This document shows positions 24,860 through 37,344 of a DNA stretch of 64,000 nt, one piece after another; position 1 is the stretch's first letter; each line of letters begins with the position of its first letter. The notes under the pieces are model-generated. The model made no database searches, was not told the DNA's origin, and was given only the letters and a program-made list of their open reading frames with translations. Both the position numbers and the translations under genes were made by a program. Origin of the DNA: Felis catus (lineage: Eukaryota); contig NC_058368.1 of the NCBI RefSeq assembly GCF_018350175.1, forward strand, positions 9,672,001-9,736,000, written 5' to 3'.

Positions 24860-25370
24860 TGGCCTTCGAGTTCGTCAAAAAGCGCTCAGGGAGCACCTAA
24901 GGTGTATCAGCAGCAAGGGAATGGCTAGGGGAACCAAACGAAGCCCCAGCCCTCCTGGGACCTGCATTCTATTGACGAAGACAGAAAATAAACAGTTAAG
25001 TAAATTTATAATATAATGTCAGGGAATGATAAATACACTGAAGGAAAAGCAAGGTGAAGAGACTCGGAGTGTTTAGGTTGGGAGGTTAAGGGAGGTCCAA
25101 ATGAGGAGGTAACACTGGGGCGAAGATGTGACCCAACTGAGGGGTGAGCCATGTGACTATGTGAGGGGAAAAGCAAAGACCCCACAAGGATAAATGCTCG
25201 ACGTTTGAGAAAGAGCAAGGAGGCAAGCCAGGCTGAAATGGAGAAGTAAGGGAGAGAAGGGAGGTTTGACAGGTAGCAGGAGTCATGTGGCCTTGAAGGT
25301 CTAGGGCCATACTTTGCCCTGTTGCGAGAGAGCGGCACGACAGAGAGACATGACATAATTTCAAGACTTC
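24860..25370 (-). mobile_element. L2 3' fragment
   Basis: gaggggtgagccatgtgactat...gagaaagagcaaggaggcaagccaggctgaaatggag. Confidence 0.65.
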
Positions 25371-25566
25371 TTCCATATTAGTCGCGAGATTCTAGCTGGT
25401 CAAAGTCTCCGTAAGAGGCAGTAAGCCAGAATCGCCCCCAACATTTCAGGAGAGGGCTAACTTGCGGAGTAGAGCGGGCCAATCTCCTCCTTTATTCTAG
25501 ACATACGATTTCGAATGATAACAATCTAAAGCCTCTCGTGGACCATTTTAAGAAGGCTTTTATTTT

Positions 25567-25739
25567 GGGGGCGCCTCGGTGGCCCAGTCAGTCGGGCGTC
25601 TGACTTCGGCTCAGGTCATGATCTCGTGGTTCACGGGTTCGAGCCCCGCGTCGGGCTCTGCGCTGACAGCTCAGAGCCTGGAGTCTGCTTTGTGGATTCT
25701 GCCTCCTTCTGTCTCTGCCCCAGCCCAGCTCATACTCTG

Positions 25740-25774
<35 letters not shown>

Positions 25775-25792
25775 AATAAATAAAACATTAAA
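25567..25792 (+). mobile_element. CAN-SINE
   Basis: Full head, (CT)n, A tail. Confidence 0.92.
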
Positions 25793-27010
25793 ACAGAGGA
25801 GTTCAGCCTTAAAAAAAAAAAAGGTTTTATTTTTTCATTTGCATATTGCCCTCTTAAACCACACTCCCACCTTCAGTTTCTTCTCTCCCCTCAGCCTCCT
25901 GTTTCCTGGAATAACACCTACCGATACCAGGGAGCTTCGGGAAACATCCTAGATGCCAGGTGGTGGCCGACTCCTAACAAAGTCTTTACAGGTACATTTT
26001 TGTACGTGCCTTATCCTGGTTCCATTTAAACATGCCAGCTTCCAATCATCCTCAACTTGTCTGGGTGGCTTTTAGGTGCAGAACTGGGGGATGCTTCCCT
26101 ATTAAATTCTATCTTATGAGACGTGACACTTGGTTCCAACTTTGAAAATATTTTTGGACCCTGGCTCTAGCATCTTAATGTGTAAGCTGTTCCTCCCATA
26201 TGGGTCACCCACAGATGTCTTCAGGATATCACTTATAACAATATTGTGCTGAGTGGGGCTGAAGGCAGAGTCCCGTGGCAAATCACTAGGGACCTCCATC
26301 AATATTGAAATGGATCCATTTCAAGACTTTTGGGAAGTTGATTGTTCAACCAGCTACGAACCGATCTAATTTGCCCTACCTCTACCCTACGTCTCTCCAA
26401 GAATCAACAAAGACACTCTAAGAGAATTTTGTCTGAAGCCATACTGAAATTTACATGCCCTGCCTTGACCTTTCAGCCCCACCATACTGTCAAACAAAGA
26501 AATGAAGTTCAAGTAGAACACCTCACAGGTCATATTTCCTCTGGCCCCTCTCTTTTACCAATTCTCCACTTTGCCTCCTGTCCTAAGGCCCCACTGACAG
26601 TAGTCACTGGCCACAACTAGAAAGTCTCTTCCTGCTTTTTTACCGTAACCGTACAATACAATTTTACCTTCCTAAATGTATGATGCACGTAACTGAAAAG
26701 TTGTGAATCAATTGTGATAATGCGAATTGTATTTTAAGTATACATGAACTGTTCAGTAAGGTTATTGAAGTCCACTATAGTATTTCCAAAATGAAAAACC
26801 CTTTTGTAACGCAAGTATAGTACTTTCTAATGTAGGTTTCTGTTTACCTACACTGAATTTTCTCAAAACACATCATACTTTGAAACACAATAATAACAGA
26901 TCAGGGCTGCTATAACTTGAATCACCAGTAAATCTAATACCTGTCAAAGATGTACTCCTGTCAGGAAACTCTTTAACCTCAAATTTTCGGACTCAGTAAA
27001 ATAATAGTGC

Positions 27011-27123
27011 ATATATATATATATGTATATATATATATAACATATATATTATATGTATAAATAGTATATATATTTTATATATATGTATAAATAGTATATA
27101 TATTTTTTTATATATAAATGTAT

Positions 27124-27173
<50 letters not shown>

Positions 27174-27175
27174 TA
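27011..27175. repeat. (TA)n-rich compound microsatellite
   Basis: Direct reading. Confidence 0.95.
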
Positions 27176-27208
27176 AATGAATGTTTATTCATTAAAAAAA
27201 TTTTTTTA

Positions 27209-27445
27209 GGGGTGCTCGTGTGGCTCAGTCGGTTGATCATCTGACTTCGGCTCAGGTCATGATCTCACAGTTCGTGGGTTTGAGCCCCGCATCAGGCTCT
27301 GTGCTGACCACTTGCTCAGAGCCTGGAGCCTGCTTCAGATTCTGTGTCTCCTTCTCTCTCTGCCCCTCCCCTGCTCACGCTTTGTCTCACTCTGTTTCTC
27401 AAAAATAAATAAATGAAATAAATAAATAAATAAATAAATAAAATT
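27209..27445 (+). mobile_element. CAN-SINE
   Basis: Tail-to-tail with the next copy. Confidence 0.92.
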
Positions 27446-27450
27446 AAAAC

Positions 27451-27661
27451 TTTTTTAAAATTTTTACTTATTTTTGAGATAGAGATAGACAGAGGACAAG
27501 CAGGGGAGGGGCAGAGAGAGAGGGAGACACAGAATCCGAAGCAGGCTCCAGGCTCTGAGCTGTCCGCACAGAGCCAGACGCGGGGCTCGAACCCACGAAC
27601 CGTGAGATCATGACCTGAGCCAAAGTGGGACGCCCAACTGACTGAGCTACCCAGGTGCCCC
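27451..27661 (-). mobile_element. CAN-SINE
   Basis: Reverse SINE. Confidence 0.92.
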
Positions 27662-27665
27662 AGAA

Positions 27666-27884
27666 TGTTTATTCATTTTTGAAATAGAGAGAGGGAGAGA
27701 GAGAGAGAGCGCGAGTGCACAAGAGCATGAGCGGGGGAGGGGCAGAGAGTGAGGAAGACAGAAGATGTGAAGCGGGTTCTGCACTGACAACAGCAAGCCC
27801 GATGTGGGGCTTGAACTCACAAACCTTGAGATCATGACCTGACCTGAAGTTGGACACTCAACCTACTAAGCCACCAGTCACCCC
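27666..27884 (-). mobile_element. CAN-SINE
   Basis: Reverse SINE, more diverged. Confidence 0.88.
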
Positions 27885-28551
27885 TAGCATATATATATAT
27901 ATATATATTTTTTTAATTGGTACTTTATGTGAATATAAACAAAAGCAATTTCCATCTGGTTTTATATTGATCCTGAATTATTTTCAAGTACTCATTGTTT
28001 CTCCTTTGCAAATTAGATCACAGATCTGCGTGAGGACGGGGTCATGTTTCTCTTACCTTTCACTATCTTCACAGAGTCAGGCATAAACCTGGAATATTTG
28101 CACCGGGTGCTCAATAAATATTTCTTGAACAGATATAATGAGGAATAAATGAATGTATGTGAATGTATGTGTACAAAAAAGATACTTCATCTGTTCATAA
28201 AATGATTTTAATTTTGCAGGGGAGCAAATGTAGCCGTGACCACTGCCTTCTAGAAAGGAAATTTGGGGGCAAAAATGACCATCCCAGATGCATAAATAAT
28301 AGTAATACTCTTGATCAGCGGTTCTCGAACCTTTTGGTCACAGGATCCCTTTATGCTCTTAAAAAGTTATTAAGAACCCTAAAGAGTTTTTATGTATCTA
28401 GGCTATATCCAAGGTATTTGCCATATTAGAAATTAAAACAAAAATTAACTCTTTACTAATTCATTTAAAATAATAGCAATAAACCCATAATACACCAACG
28501 TAATTAATGTTTTATGAAAATAAATTTCCAAAACAGGAATAAATTAGCGAT

Positions 28552-28770
28552 GGGGTGCCTGGGTGGCTCATTTGGTTAAGCGTCCCACTTCGGCTCAAGT
28601 CGTGATCTCACGGTTCCTGGGTTTGAGCCCCATGTCGGGGGTGGGCTCACTGCGGTCAGCGCGGGGCCTGCTTTGGATCCTCTGTCCCCCTCTCTCTCTG
28701 CTCCTCCCTGGCTAGCGCATTCTCTCCCTCTCTCAAAAATACAATGAACATTTTGAAAAAAGTAAAAATA
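28552..28770 (+). mobile_element. CAN-SINE
   Basis: TSD aataaattag(c/t)ga. Confidence 0.9.
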
Positions 28771-28910
28771 AATTAGTGAGAAGAGTGACATTGTTTTAAA
28801 GTTTTGCTAATCTCTTGAATGTCTGGCTCAGTAGGAGCTGGATTCTCGTATTTGCTTCTGCATTCTGTGGTGTTATTACATGACACGTGGCTCCTAAAAA
28901 CTCCACTGTA

Positions 28911-29140
28911 GGGGCGCCTGGGTGGCGCAGTCGGTTAAGCGTCCGACTTCAGCCAGGTCACGATCTCGCGGTCTGTGAGTTCGAGCCCCGCGTCGGGCTC
29001 TGGGCTGATGGCTCGGAGCCTGGAGCCTGTTTCCGATTCTGTGTCTCCCTCTCTCTCTGCCCCTCCCCCGTTCATGCTCTGTCTCTCTCTGTCCCAAAAA
29101 TAAATAAAAACGTTGGGAAAAAAAAATTAAAAAAAAAAAA
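28911..29140 (+). mobile_element. Young felid SINE (SINEC_Fc-like)
   Basis: TSD aaaaactccactg. Confidence 0.95.
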
Positions 29141-29451
29141 ACTCCACTGGACACGCACCACGCAATGGAAGCGAAAGAAGCAAACGATGCCTTTGTATCA
29201 TTACGAAAACAGTTTTGATCTGCGGACCCCCCGAAGGGGTTTTCAGGATGACAACAGTCCCTGGACTATATTTTGAGAGGTTGGCACTGTTTAAATAAAT
29301 AAAAGCAATGTCATTCATAACATTTTCTTCTTTGCCTTGAATATTAGAAAGTTCAGAACGAGGTTTACGAATCAGTTCAGGCCGGGAACTCGAGCCTGTC
29401 CAGCCTCTGTCACTCCACTCACCTGCAACCTGTTTGCTACATGGCTTTTAC

Positions 29452-29681
29452 TTTTTTTTTTATTAAATTTTTTTTTTTTACATTTATTTATTTTTGAGAG
29501 AGAGTGAGACGAAGTATGAGTGGGGGAGGGGCAGAGAGAGAGGGAGACACAGAATCTGAAGCAGGCTCCAGGCTCTGAGCTGTCAGCACAGAGCCCAACA
29601 TGGGGCTGGAACTCATGGACCACGAGATCATGACCTGGGCCGAAGTCAGACGCTTAACCGACTGAGCCACCCAGGCGCCCC
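29452..29681 (-). mobile_element. CAN-SINE
   Basis: Reverse SINE. Confidence 0.92.
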
Positions 29682-29938
29682 TTTTTTTTTTTTTTTTTTT
29701 TTTTTTTAGTGTTAATGGCTTTTGGTCACATTTCTTCTGTGTTTTTATTAGAAGTTGCTTCCAATCCTTTTTGGAAATAGGTGGGGTTTTTAAAAACATA
29801 CGTGTGTGTGCGTATATGTATTTCAGCACCCATAAGTTTCAAATTACACTTTTATTTCATTTTCATATCTGTCTAAGCTAGCACACCATCAACAGGATGG
29901 AAACATATACGATAGTCACATAAAACATTAAGATGTCT

Positions 29939-30136
29939 GGGGCTCCAGTCGGTTAAGCATCTGACCTTGGCTCAGGTCATGATCTCACAGTTCGTGAGTC
30001 CAAGCCCCAGGTTGGGCTCTGCGCTGACAGCTGGGAGCCCGGAGCCTGCTCCCGATTCTGTGTCTCCCTCTCTTTCTGTGCTCACTCTTTCTCTCTCTCA
30101 TAAATAAATAAATAAACATTGAAAACACAAAAAAAG
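29939..30136 (+). mobile_element. CAN-SINE
   Basis: TSD attaagatgtctg. Confidence 0.9.
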
Positions 30137-30164
30137 ATTAAGATGTCTGTTTGATGGGCTTTCT

Positions 30165-30388
30165 TTTTTTTGTTAATTTTTTTTTCAACGTTTATTTATT
30201 TTTGGGACAGAGAGAGACAGAGCATGAACAGGGGAGGGGCAGAGAGAGAGGGAGACACAGAATCGGAAACAGGCTCCAGGCTCTGAGCCATCAGCCCAGA
30301 GCCCGACGCGGGGCTCGAACTCACGGACCGCGAGATCGTGACCTGGCTGAAGTCAGACACTTAACCGACTGCGCCACCCAGGCGCCCC
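30165..30388 (-). mobile_element. Young felid SINE (SINEC_Fc-like)
   Basis: TSD tgatgggctttctt. Confidence 0.95.
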
Positions 30389-31899
30389 TGATGGGCTTTC
30401 TTAATAGTGCCCAGAGGATAGGAGTTGCATCATAAGGAAACTGCTACCTAAAAAGACACAGCTCGAAGAGAGACAATTGATCACTCCGGAAATTAGGCTC
30501 CAGTGTCTGAATCGTTCCTCAACACTCCCACCTGCACCATTCCACGTTTTCTATGTCAATAACTAATTTGATTGAAGCCCAGGATAGTCACGCTTTATAA
30601 ACGTCTGCCCATCGCGTTTCCTTCTTCTGTCTGGAAGACCCGCGTGGCAGCCAGTCACGCGGTAGGGGATCCCACCTGTGGCCACCCTGACTTCGATCGG
30701 GCTGTGCACCTGACCCAGGCTGGACCCTTCCCGCTTTCCGTCCTGGGCCGGAATCTCTTCCCTAGAGAAGAGGTAGATGTGGTAGTTGTTAAGGGGTGTC
30801 TTGCCCTGGGGCTGGCGGCCCGGCCCGTGGAGAAGAGAAAGCTGACTGCGCAGAGAGACCTGATGTGGAGACAATTTCCCTCTATATCGGGTCCAGTAAA
30901 GGATCCTGGAGAGCGCTGTGGGTCCTACATATGCATTTCCTCTCTGAGGGCTTGCATCGGGCAAAAACTGCTTTCCGTCCGAGGCCAACTAGATTAGCAA
31001 ATATTTTCTCCGGCTTTTCCTCCCCAGAAAGCAAATGTATAGATTAGGAAGTATTTCCCCCAGCTTTCCATCCCCGGAGGACAAATGTACGGAGGACCAG
31101 AGTTGGATGGAGTTCGCAACTGACTCTGCGGGTGAGTATTTGCCGAGGGCCACACACCCAGGGACCTGAGTGACGGAAATCCCCAGGTGCCCGGGAGAAG
31201 ACTGGCAATTAGGTTTCCAATCACCTGCCTGTTCCCGGCGCCTCCAAATCAGCACTCCCCAGAGCCCTGACCCTCGGTGGCTGGCAGGGCGACCCACTTT
31301 TAACGGTGCCAATTTTTAGCAGCTGGAAACAATAAACGCAGAGGGAGGTGAATTCCTGGAGGACTGATTTCTCCTTGACTAGTTTTCGAAAGCCAGAAGA
31401 CGCTGTGGGGCTACAGCAGGGCAGCAGGGACCGTGGGAAGCCGGTGGCCCAGGCTCCCTCCTGCCAGGGACGGCGGTCCACACGCTTCCTCGGGCCTCAG
31501 GTTTTGCAGCGGCGGGATGAGGACCTAGAACTAGATGGTCTTTCATATGCCTTTCGTCTTCCACTTTCTCCCATCTTTGTGAGCTGGGAAAGATTTACGC
31601 AGAACTTCATCTTGATTTTATTACTGTTAGTTCATCTTCTCCTGACACGGCCAGCGGCGGCCTGAGCGCGGGGAAGGAAGTGGCTCTCTCTCCGGGATGA
31701 TTTAAGAGGTGCTGAAAGCCCAGAGTAGCCTCCCTCTCTGTTCTGCCACAGCAAGGGCCTGAGGCTCCCTTGCCCCGAGCCAGACCTGGGATCCAAGCAT
31801 TGTTTGTAGATGGCCTCGGTCAAATGGCAAACACATGCCCATTGTTCCTCTGGGAGCCCATCAGCCTGGACTTGCCCCTGGATTCCCTAGGAATGCGAG

Positions 31900-32021
31900 C
31901 AGGAGTGGCCAGGAGAGGTCTGAGGCCCAGGAGTGGCCAGGAGAGGTCTGAGGCCCAGGGCATCCCTGCGAGGACCCGGCCTCCTGAGCACAGGGAGGTG
32001 GCCTCCTGAGCACAGGGAGGT
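31900..32021. repeat. Two adjacent perfect tandem duplications (28 bp and 22 bp)
   Basis: caggagtggccaggagaggtctgaggcc x2 (31900-31955); ggcctcctgagcacagggaggt x2 (31978-32021). Confidence 0.95.
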
Positions 32022-33654
32022 GGCTTGTCAGCCTCAGGCATCAGCCTAGGCTTTGCTTCATTTTGACTCCCCTGATGGTTTCCCCCTCCTCAGGGGGCCC
32101 TGCGGGGAAGGAGGAGGTTCTCTGACTGTGTTCCGGTGTCCCACGGGCTCCCTCCTCTATGCCAAGAAAGCAGGACTTCAGGCCCCTGGCGGAGGAGTTT
32201 CTTAGAGGAAGCCTCACTCTGTCTTCCACCACATAGGCCGTCCTGACAAAAAGATGAGGCCGAGTAGGCCACCCTGCAGAAAATGGCCCGATTCTGTGGT
32301 GGGGCAGCCCGGAACCAGAGGCCCCTTCCATAGTGGGGACTCACGACTGCTCCCAGAGCTGGTCATGAGAACTGGTGTCCCCCTTCCCTGGGCCGGCTGC
32401 CTCAGGAGCTGCCTCACGCACCCACCACCAAAAAATAAGGCTGGGGTGTCAGGCTGTGTGGCAAGCCTCCTTTTGTTCGCTTCCGTTCTTAACTCATAAA
32501 CATGGAAAAAGAGTAACCAGAAGGATAACTTCCTAGCACTCCTGGGGGTGGGGGGGTATTTATCAGTATGGCAGCCGAACGCGCTTTAGAGATAAATGAA
32601 CCATCGGATGGCACCCTGAGGTATTATTCCACGACACAGAGTTTTAAACACCAATTCCCTCTGCTAAACACTGATTCCCTCTAAACTCCGTTGGAAGGGG
32701 TGTAGAACATTGTATGTTAAGAACCAGGCTTCCCGCCGACTTTCTTAGACGGCTGGGCTGATCAAGGCTTTATCTCATGGCCGGGTGAGGACTAGGGCGT
32801 GTTCCGGTGACGTATGAGTGTGTAGATACCAAGTAGTAATGAAAATGCAACCGAAGCAAAAAACATCCTGAGTGGTAGCACGAAACCTTCTGAAAAGAAA
32901 CCATCTGAGGAGCCTAACAGAAACAGGTGTGTTTTGTATTTGCCGGGGATAAACAGGAAAGGAACAGGCACACGTGCGGAACCACAAATGTCCCATCGCC
33001 ACCACCCGGCACCCGTCTCCTTAGTCTCCAGGGAAAGTCACCCCGTAACGCAGTGTAGGACCCAAGAATCCCAGTTTTTCCCAGGGGGTTGCTCATAATC
33101 CAGCAGAGATTTCTGGATGTGTTGCAAGGGCCCCATTAAAACCCCCAAGTTTAACCTGCCTTGGCCGTCTCCCCCTCCTCACTACTGTGTATTTCTTTTG
33201 TGGGAGAGTGTGAGTCCTGGGTCTGTCACCAAGAGCTGTGCGGTTATGGCCAAAGCACTTAGCCTATCGGGGGCCTCGGTGTCCTAAAGGGCAAGATTAG
33301 AATAACAGACCCACGTGATTTACTGAACCTGAGGCGGGCGTGGGGGGGGTGGTGGTGTGGGGAACCAGACGGTGGCCGTCACTTCTGGCAGCAGAAATAC
33401 CATACTCTCCTTCCCTGGAACTCCGCGGTCCAGGCCACCTTATCTTTCTATCAGCCCACCCCCCGTGCAGGTGTCCAAATAGGAAATTCTGCTCTAAACG
33501 GTCCTACCAGCACACCGGCACCAACTTGCTCCCCTGTTCTCTCGCCTCTCTCCCAGCCCCCTTTGAGACCCTCATTGTCCTCTTTACGATAAGGACTACT
33601 GCGCTTTTATCTGTGCTAAACTTCAAGGGCACAATCATCGCTAAATCGAGAAGA

Positions 33655-34960
33655 AAAGCGGAGGGCGCGGCCCTTGGGGCTGGGCTTTGATACAAGGGCA
33701 GGGCTTTCCGGGGGCGCAGGCGGGCAGGGGAGCAGAAAGCAGAAAGCGGCGCTGCGGGGGGGCCCTCCAGGACACCCCTGCGGTGGGGGTGGGGGTGGGG
33801 GTGGCGGGGAAGCTTTCGCCTCTCTATTCTTGACTGAGGGCCTGAAACCACACTCGGCCCAAATCTGGGGACACGAGGGGCCACCGGCTACCCTGGGGAG
33901 GAGAAGGGGTGGGAGGAGGTGGGGAAAGGAGGCGGGAGGTGAGAGGAAGTGGGGGATGGGCGGAGGGGGAGGGGGGTGCAAGTGGGGGCTAGGAGGAGAT
34001 GGGAGAGAGGATGTGGGAGAGGAGAAGGGAGATGTCAGGGAAGAGGAGCTGGGGGAGGGTGAAAGGGGGGAGGGGGGAGAGGAAGTGAGGGAAGGAGGTG
34101 GCAGGCGTGGGGGGAGGTTCGAAGACGAGGACAGGGAGGTAGGAAGAGAGGTAGGGACACAGGTGGAGGAAGGGGGGTTTGGACAAGGTGGGGGGGAGTA
34201 AAGGAAGTAGGGAGAAGTGAGTGGGAAGGAGGGAAGAGGAGGTGGGGAGTGGCAGAGGTGGAGGAAGGAAGACATGGGGGTAGGAGGAGATGAGAGGAAG
34301 GAAAGGAGGTGGGGGGGGAGTGGGAAAGGAAGAAGCGAGGGAAGGAGGTGAGAGGCGGGCGGGCGGGGGAGAGGCCGGAGTGGGGGCGGGGTGGTAGAAG
34401 GAAGGAATGGGATCGGGAAGAGGTGGGGGGGGAGAGAAGGGGGGTGCGAGAGGGAGACGCGAGGGAAAGAAGAGGGGAGACGCCGAGGGGGTTAGAAGTG
34501 GAGGAAGGAGGGCGGAGAGGGGGCAGGGCGGGAGGAAGCAGGGATGAGGAAGTAAGGGGAGGGGGCGGGGCGGAGGCGGTGGAAGGAGGAAGGGGGCAGC
34601 CGGCGAGGGCGCAGAGCCCGCCCGGCGGCAGGAGGACGGGGCGCGGACTGGAAGCGCCGCTCGCGGGAGCGGAGACGCTCGGGCAAGTCCGGGCGGGCCG
34701 CGCAAGTTGTCTAGTTTCTCCCAAGCCCAGGGCCGGCCGGCGGCTCGGGTGGGCCCCGCGGGGCCCTCCCGCGACGGCGAAACCCCCCAGCCCAAAGCGG
34801 CCCGCCGGCCCCGCCCAGCCCGGGCAGCCCCCGGCGGCAGGGGTGTATCGGGGCGGGCGGCCGCGCGGCTCCGGGAACTCGGCTCCGTCAGACTTCCGGG
34901 ACAGAGGAGGCTTTTCTGCTCAAAATCCACCAGACTCCTCCGATGCGCTTTGCTTTTACG
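33655..34960 (+). promoter_or_regulatory. CpG-island promoter of an unidentified + strand gene
   Basis: CpG-dense, GC boxes ggggcggggcgg ~34562, ETS-like acttccgg ~34892, downstream CTC|GTAAGT donor at 35093. Confidence 0.75.
33895..34600 (+). repeat. G/A-rich low-complexity polypurine tract
   Basis: ~700 bp dominated by G and A with many G runs. Confidence 0.95.
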
Positions 34961-35092
34961 GTGGAAAACTCCGATAACCATTTCAAAAGGCACACACAGC
35001 CCTGAAAATAAGTGAAATTAGAACCTGCCGACTTCACTTCCTGGAGGCTTTTTGTTGGGGCTTGAAACTAGGAATCTGTGCGGGTCATCCTC
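34600..35092 (+). other. Putative non-coding first exon (start uncertain)
   Basis: CpG island followed by a consensus GTAAGT donor; no long ATG-initiated ORF. Confidence 0.45.
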
Positions 35093-36035
35093 GTAAGTGC
35101 CTTTTTTATCCGTTCACACCGATGCTCGGGCGTCTACACTACGTTTAACATCGTTAGCCTGGTGGCGTTTTGACAGTGTATTAACGTGATTTAATGATGG
35201 TTTCTGCCTTGGTCGGTTAACGTGGCCTCACTTGGTAACCTGAAATAAATGCATACGCGTTGCAAAAAGAAAGGCGCCGAGGGAGAGTTCTCTTTTTAAC
35301 CCTGCTGTGAAATAGATAAGAAAATATCCCCTAGGGCGATGCCCATATTGGGAAGAGTCGAGTGTTAGGTAGACCTTGGAAATCAATGTTAGAAACAACA
35401 AAAACATTGGCTTGTTCATAGCCATTTGTCAATTAACGTTGTAAAATCATTAAATAATACTAGGGATGAAAAAAGCTCGTTTCTTGTGAGTTGCTGTTTT
35501 AGAACCTGAATCCTATGTAGTGCAATCACTCATTAGCTCTGAAACAGCAGCTTCAATGGTTCTGTACCGACAAGTTCAACTTAGGAAATCTCCAAATGCG
35601 GTTACTACAAAGCGGATGCGGTAGGGGGTGCATCCTAAAACCGAGGGTTCTTCCCCCCCCCCCCCAGAGGCGTTACTCCATTTTCCTTTAAAATGAGCGG
35701 AAAAGCCAGGGAATCCTAAATTTTCATTTGGCTGACGCCAGTTGACCATCACTGGCAAACTGGCATGATAAGGTTAATCATCCCTAGTTGATAAGTTAAT
35801 TGGTCCAATTCAGTTTACAAAAATTTGGCCGTCAGGCCACATGTGACACACGGTATAAAATCCAAAGACCCATGCGGTGTGGGTTTTATCAAATCAAACC
35901 AGCAGTACTGATAGGATATAGCTTCTTATAAGCATAATGCGGAGACACGTGCCTCTGATCAAAACCATTTTACACGGAACAATATTCCACTGACTCTGTG
36001 AAGCTTAACTCCCTGGGATTTGTATACTCCAGACC

Positions 36036-36322
36036 TGAGATTGCAGGCTGGAGCTCCATAGGCCACCATGTTTTCCAGACCCGTGTGTTCGGTTTTCCAG
36101 GTGTGTTTTAAACCTTTGAATTAGTTATCTATATTTTAAAACCAGGATATTTCCACTTGCAAAGCTGGACTTCTGGCTTTTCTTGGAGATACGAGACCCG
36201 GCCACAGGGGAGGGACTTGTTGGCTGGAGCCCAGCCAGTCTGTAAGTTACCCACTCCTCCCCACCCCGCCTTCATTCGACAGGTACTTGTCTGCCCTGTG
36301 CACTTGAGTGTTCTAGTTCTGT
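36036..36322 (+). mobile_element. MER102-like hAT fossil
   Basis: tttgaattagtt...ggatatttccac...ggacttctggcttttcttgga...ggctggagc. Confidence 0.6.
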
Positions 36323-36665
36323 CCCAGACAGGCCACTTTACCCAGTGCTTGCCTTTTTATTAGGATGATTCAAATCATAGGTGATTTAGGCATGCTAGGT
36401 CTATACTTAATGCGTGTGTAATTGAAACCGCAAATCTTGATTTTCAGAAACTGATCTTGACAGATTCAACCAATCAGTAACTGACTCTATGCACATTTCT
36501 TGAAGACAGGCACTACAGAATGTCCCGGTTCTCTCTAATTTGCCTTTCCAAAAGATGCAGCAAGACGTAGGGGAGCAGGTGATCTCCGGAATTAAACGTG
36601 GTTTGGATTCCCGCTAGGTACTTGTGCAATGTTAGGCAAGTTAGTTACTGGCCTTGAACTTGTGT

Positions 36666-36889
36666 CTTTATTTTTTTTATTAAAAAAAATTTTTTTCTTT
36701 TTAATGTTTTTATTTACCTTTGAGACAGAGCAGAGCAGGGGAGGGGCAGAGAGAGAGGGAGACATAGAATCTGAAGCAGGCTCCAAGCTGTCAGCACGGA
36801 GCCGGGTGCGGGGCTTGAACTCACAGACTGTGAGATCATGCCCTGAGCCGAAGTTGGACGCTCAACCGACTGAGCCACCCAGGCGCCCC
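36666..36889 (-). mobile_element. CAN-SINE
   Basis: TSD tgaacttgtgt. Confidence 0.92.
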
Positions 36890-36961
36890 TGAACTTGTGT
36901 AAATGTAGTACAACTACCACCTTGGATTATTGAATATTACATTGTTCTATGTGATAACATC

Positions 36962-37183
36962 TTAAAAAAAATTTTTTTTTTAAGTTTTGTATTTTGAAAG
37001 AGAAACAGAGAGAGAGGGCAGAGGAGGGGCAGAGAGAGAGAGAGGAAGAGCGAGAATCCCAAGCAGGCTCTGCGCCCTCAGCATGGAGCCCAGTGCAGGG
37101 CTCAGATTCACCAACCACGAGATCATGACCTGAACCGAAACCAGGAGTTGGACACTTAACCAACGGAGCCACCCAGCCACCCC
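36962..37183 (-). mobile_element. CAN-SINE
   Basis: Reverse SINE. Confidence 0.9.
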
Positions 37184-37344
37184 TGTATATGACAGCATGT
37201 TGAACAGTACCTGGTCCACGGTAACCACCCAGATTAGTTTTCCTTGCCCTTGGGATTTCAGTGACTAATGTGGGTCCTTGAGAGAAATTCTAATTAGATC
37301 GTTTTGCTTGCCTACAAAATCCTACTTTAGTAGAATCCAAACTT

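Larger units (their letters stand above)
28316..29289 (-). mobile_element. Charlie1b-like hAT element, interrupted by two SINEs
   Basis: Terminus cagcggttctcgaaccttttggtc; internal gctggattctcgtatttgcttctgcattc; other end gaaaacagttttgatctgcggaccccc. Confidence 0.8.

Noticed and set aside
31632..32331. Chain of abutting minus-strand ORFs suggesting a frameshifted pseudogene
   Set aside because: No recognisable homology in any frame; GC-rich sequence gives such chains by chance
33616..35015. Several 175-334 aa Pro/Ser- or Gly/Glu/Arg-rich ORFs
   Set aside because: Translations of the polypurine tract and CpG island, open in many frames on both strands
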